A stretch of DNA of 20,000 nt from a bacterium (lineage in GTDB: Bacteria > Fibrobacterota > Chitinivibrionia > Chitinivibrionales > Chitinivibrionaceae), in NCBI GenBank assembly GCA_020048285.1, contig JAIFMU010000119.1:1-20000 (forward strand), in the 5' to 3' direction. Under the pieces are notes generated by a model. It had not been told where the DNA came from, did no database searches, and was given only the letters and a program-made list of their open reading frames with translations. The translations under genes and the position numbers were made by a program. This document shows, piece after piece, positions 16,998-20,000 of the stretch. The first letter of the stretch is position 1. Each line of letters begins with the position of its first letter.

Positions 16998-17777
16998 ATG
17001 AGTCCTGAAGATTCGTACAACAAGATCAAAAAGCAAGCGGCTCAGATTGAGTCTGAACAGTGGCGCCGTCCTTCGGGGACCAGTTCGCAGATTATCAAAG
17101 ATGGCCACGACCAGATTCTTGTGGCTCGCGAAGACAAAACCAAACTGGTGGAAGCGGGAATGGCGGAGACGCTGATCGACACGGCAGAAACAGCTCTTCT
17201 CGGGTATAGCTGGGTGGATGGTCTCTATGCCACAACGCTTTGCAGCGACAGTGTCCTTCGCACTGCATGGGAATCAGGATTGGAAAATGGGTTCAACCTT
17301 CGCGGGGAACTGTTCAAATTCGGGGATTTCGGGATTCGCCGGAATCGACTCACGGCAGTGAAAGCGATGTTCACGGAGATCAAAAAGGGGATCGGCCCCG
17401 ATGATATGATCATGGATCTCAAGGAGCTGAATCAGTTTTTTGTTTCCAACCCCACCGTGACAGCGGGACTGAAACAGTTTGTTCCGGGCTGGGTTGAAGA
17501 GGCACTGATGATTCACAACGAACTGACGGATCTTAGAACAAAACTTTGCGCCACCGCAGACAACACCAATCTCGACAAATTCTACAGTGAAAAGCGCGGT
17601 GCTTTCACGCTGTATCAGAACGCGATCGATGAGGTTCGCGAATGGGGACAGTTTGTGTTTGATGGAACTGAACGGGCGGAGAAATATCGCGCACAGTACC
17701 TTGTGGGTCGCGGCGGGCGGCCTTCAAAGAAAGATGAAAACAAACCTGCTACAGAGGTCGTAAACCCTCAGATGTAG
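16998..17777 (+). CDS. Hypothetical soluble protein (259 aa). No family recognised.
   Basis: Good RBS (aaggagaacgtATG) and a clean ORF followed by a strong intrinsic terminator. Confidence 0.5.
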   Translation: MSPEDSYNKIKKQAAQIESEQWRRPSGTSSQIIKDGHDQILVAREDKTKLVEAGMAETLIDTAETALLGYSWVDGLYATTLCSDSVLRTAWESGLENGFNLRGELFKFGDFGIRRNRLTAVKAMFTEIKKGIGPDDMIMDLKELNQFFVSNPTVTAGLKQFVPGWVEEALMIHNELTDLRTKLCATADNTNLDKFYSEKRGAFTLYQNAIDEVREWGQFVFDGTERAEKYRAQYLVGRGGRPSKKDENKPATEVVNPQM

Positions 17778-17802
17778 TTTGATACTTCTAACTTGCTGTA
17801 AG

Positions 17803-17848
17803 GGGATGATTCTATCTGAATTGTCCCCTTTTTTTTTGTCAAAAAAAA
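17803..17848. terminator. Intrinsic terminator AAGGGGA-(17 nt)-TCCCCTT followed by T9, then GTC and A9, which makes a T9-GTC-A9 palindromic homopolymer pair and is potentially bidirectional.
   Basis: 7-bp GC-rich stem with an inner ATTC/GAAT pairing and a T-run immediately 3', read directly from the sequence. Confidence 0.65.
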
Positions 17849-17851
17849 ATA

Positions 17852-18130
17852 GTTTCTGCTGGAAAACGGTCAGTTTCTGCTGGGTGAATCTCGGTTTCTG
17901 CAGGAGGGATGGTGTGTTTCTGCAGGTGGGATGGTGAGTTTTTGCTGGATGAATCTCAGTTTCTGCTGGTGGGATGGTGAGTTTCTGAAGGAGGCATGGT
18001 GAGTTTTTGCAGGGGGAAGTTCAGTTTCTGCAAGTGGAAATTCAATTTCTGCGGAGGAGATCTCAACTGTGTACGGGAGCGGGTTCAATTTCTGCGGGGA
18101 ATGGTTTGATTGCCTGCATCTGAACGGCAA
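17852..18130. repeat. Non-coding tandem array of about 11 units with a 21-22-bp period. Each unit has a conserved 5' core GTTTCTGC (later units ATTTCTGCGG). Two 3' half-types alternate: GGDGGGATGGTGA versus GGRTGAATCTCR / AAGTTCA.
   Basis: Units begin at 17852, 17873, 17894, 17916, 17938, 17959, 17981, 18003, 18024, 18045 and 18088. The period is not a multiple of 3, and unit lengths of 21 and 22 are mixed, which argues against a coding repeat. The array ends about 85 bp upstream of the vsr start. Confidence 0.75.
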
Positions 18131-18213
18131 TTTTGGCGAGATATTTACCGGTGATTCGCCGGTGAAGAGCGATTTCGCGGATGGTATATTACACTGGTCA
18201 AAGGCAGGGAGAT

Positions 18214-18648
18214 ATGACGGAGTCGAAGGATCATCTGACGCCGGAGAGGCGAAGCTGGAATATGAGCCGGATTCGGTCGAAGGATACTAAGCCGGAGATA
18301 GTTGTCCGAAAGGCTCTCTTTGCCGCCGGTTTCCGATATCGCCTCCATGTGAAAGATCTTCCCGGGAAGCCGGATATTGTTCTTCCGAAGTATAAAACGG
18401 CAATTTTCGTTCACGGCTGTTTCTGGCACCGCCACGAGGGATGCAAACGGTGTACAACTCCTACGAAAGATCGGGAGTTCTGGGAGAAGAAGTTCCAGAG
18501 AACGGTGGAACGGGATCAGCAGGAAAGAATCGCTCTTGAACACGCAGGATGGAGAGTTCTGACTGTGTGGGAGTGTGAGATCGGGACTGCCAAAATCGAA
18601 AAAACGGTACTGCTTCTGAAATCTAAAATTCTGAGCGGGGGGAGTTAA
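18214..18648 (+). CDS. vsr: Very-short-patch repair endonuclease (Vsr family).
   Basis: SWNMSRIRSKDTKPEIVVRKALFAAGFRYRLHVKDLPGKPDIVLPKYKTAIFVHGCFWHRHEGC is a classic Vsr N-terminus and active-site region. The start at 18214 (MTESKD...) is preferred over the upstream ATG at 18181. Confidence 0.8.
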   Translation: MTESKDHLTPERRSWNMSRIRSKDTKPEIVVRKALFAAGFRYRLHVKDLPGKPDIVLPKYKTAIFVHGCFWHRHEGCKRCTTPTKDREFWEKKFQRTVERDQQERIALEHAGWRVLTVWECEIGTAKIEKTVLLLKSKILSGGS

Positions 18649-18800
18649 GCGCTTTTTGTTCAGGATGACTGATAATAAAACAAATACTTGTGAGTTTAAT
18701 TGCTAAAGCATGTGAAAATTTCGGACGGTACAGAAACAGTGTGAATGTTTGAATGTGTTGAATTTAAGAGATATTGTGAATGTATATTTGCCGTTAGTTT

Positions 18801-18809
18801 TGCTATAAT
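18801..18809 (+). promoter_or_regulatory. Extended -10 promoter element TGCTATAAT upstream of the C5-methyltransferase gene. No well-spaced -35 was found. A triple direct repeat of TGAATGT lies at 18742-18769.
   Basis: A consensus TATAAT hexamer with TG at -14/-15 was read directly. The repeat gtgaatgtttgaatgtgttgaattt lies 30-60 bp upstream. Confidence 0.5.
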
Positions 18810-18829
18810 GTTAGTGAGTATTGATTGCA

Positions 18830-19903
18830 ATGAATACAAAATTTAAAGCGATAGATTTTTTCTGCGGAGCGGGGGGAATTACCTGTGGTTTTCAGCAGGC
18901 GGGAATACCAGTTCTTGCAGGTGTCGACATTGATACAAGCTGTAAAGACACCTACGAAATTAATAATCGTTACGGCAATTATGAAAGCCTAATCGGTTTA
19001 ACCGGTGGGCCTCAGTTTATTTCAAAAGATATCAATGAACTGCCCTTCGAGGAGCTTTCTGAGATTACGGGCATTCGACAGAATGACGATAATCTGATCC
19101 TTGTGGGCTGCAGTCCCTGCCAGTTCTGGAGCCAGATAAACACCACTCGCGACAAAGCTCAAAAAACAATGAATCTGCTTTCACGCTTTCAGGAGTTCGT
19201 TGAACATTTCAAGCCGGGGTATGTGGTTATTGAAAATGTACCGGGGCTTGAAAAACGAAAAGATGAAAGCAAGCTAGATCTGTTCCTCTCGATGCTGGAA
19301 AAGAACGGGTATGTGTTTGACGGCAAAGTCATGAGAACCGAACAACACGAGATACCTCAAACCCGCAAACGATATGTTCTTTTAGCGACACGGGTGAAAG
19401 ATGCAATCACACTTCCCGAAGCTTCTGACTACAAACCGGTACTGAAAGATTTTATTGGCGATACTAAACGCTTCCCTGTTTTACCTGCCGGGTATGAAGA
19501 TTCCGGTAATCTTCAACACATAACGGCAGGACTCAGCGACCTGAATCTTCGCCGCCTTCAGAAAACACCCATGGGCGGTGACCGTCTGAACTGGGCAGAT
19601 GATCCGGAGCTGCAGATTCCGTGCTATCAGGACAAGCCAAATATTTTCAGAACTATCTATGGACGACTTCATTGGGACAAAATTGGTCCCACTATTACGA
19701 CAAAATTTCTACGGATTTCCAACGGACGCTACGGTCATCCTGAACAGGATCGGGGCCTTTCTCTTCGTGAAGGTGCGACACTACAGACCTTCCCTTACGG
19801 GTATGTATTCTACGCAGGAAGTATGGATGCGAAAGCACGGCAGATCGGAAATGCGGTTCCACCAAAACTGGCAGAAAAAATTGCACAACAAATTCTTAAA
19901 TAG
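18830..19903 (+). CDS. DNA (cytosine-5)-methyltransferase.
   Basis: It has motif I FFCGAGG, motif IV GCSPCQFWS (the catalytic PCQ), motif VI ENV, QTRKR and motif X RQIGNAVPP. ATG 18830 is preferred over the TTG at 18821 used by the ORF track. Confidence 0.85.
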   Translation: MNTKFKAIDFFCGAGGITCGFQQAGIPVLAGVDIDTSCKDTYEINNRYGNYESLIGLTGGPQFISKDINELPFEELSEITGIRQNDDNLILVGCSPCQFWSQINTTRDKAQKTMNLLSRFQEFVEHFKPGYVVIENVPGLEKRKDESKLDLFLSMLEKNGYVFDGKVMRTEQHEIPQTRKRYVLLATRVKDAITLPEASDYKPVLKDFIGDTKRFPVLPAGYEDSGNLQHITAGLSDLNLRRLQKTPMGGDRLNWADDPELQIPCYQDKPNIFRTIYGRLHWDKIGPTITTKFLRISNGRYGHPEQDRGLSLREGATLQTFPYGYVFYAGSMDAKARQIGNAVPPKLAEKIAQQILK

Positions 19904-19955
19904 ATGGAGTATTAAGCAGACTGCCAAATATGGATCTGCATGATGTATTTTAAAG

Positions 19956-20000
19956 CATGAAAAAAACAATGCTAAAATCGGTTTCGTCAGATATTCGAAA
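19956..20000 (+). CDS. Possible 5' end of the next gene (MKKTMLKSVSSDIR...), truncated by the window end. Given the Vsr/MTase context it could be a restriction endonuclease.
   Basis: There is an ATG 50 bp after the MTase stop and an open frame to the window end. Only 15 codons are visible. Confidence 0.2.

Noticed and set aside
17852-18130. Whether the tandem array upstream of vsr is a CRISPR array.
   Set aside because: Units are only 21-22 bp in total. They have an 8-bp conserved core and no repeat/unique-spacer alternation of 28-37 / 30-40 bp. No cas genes are nearby.
17870-18130. An 86-aa minus-strand ORF with an AET..P-like repetitive peptide.
   Set aside because: It lies wholly inside the non-coding tandem array. 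The peptide repetition is a by-product of the DNA repeat, whose period is not a multiple of 3. It has no RBS or start context.
18774-18793. A -35 hexamer for the methyltransferase promoter.
   Set aside because: Candidate hexamers (ttgtga at 18774-18779, tttgcc at 18787-18792) are spaced 24 or 11 bp from the -10. Only the extended -10 is reported.

Overview
The window reads as chromosomal DNA (about 45-50% GC, organism not identifiable) with three compositionally odd non-coding stretches. Gene order: a partial gene (1-656) and a 2-hydroxyacyl-CoA-dehydratase-like gene (1790-3217) that look like a functionally linked pair, separated by about 1.1 kb of structured, partly very AT-rich non-coding DNA carrying one small lipoprotein-like ORF. 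Then a DUF302 protein, a lone secretin and a class I SAM methyltransferase. The core of the window is a tightly packed minus-strand operon: an NfeD/YqiJ-like membrane protein, a flotillin/YqiK-like SPFH protein, and a 1739-aa protein with an N-terminal beta-rich domain, a long coiled coil and a single MoxR/AAA_5-type ATPase module near the C-terminus. That operon is read divergently from an XpaC-like/TelA-like pair. Next come a membrane protein, a hypothetical protein, a second non-coding tandem array (about 11 units of 21-22 bp), and a Vsr-like endonuclease followed by a C5 cytosine methyltransferase with its own extended -10 promoter, suggesting a restriction-modification locus continuing past the window end. 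The best candidate for an undescribed system is the NfeD-flotillin-giant ATPase operon, sitting beside TelA/XpaC and an R-M/Vsr module, which is defence-island-like context. Secondary candidates are two tandem arrays that share a TTTCTG core, and an AT-rich insert flanked by 18-bp direct repeats that contains three AGGA-loop hairpins, possibly a CsrA-type sRNA. All protein-family calls come from motif recognition by eye. No searches were run.
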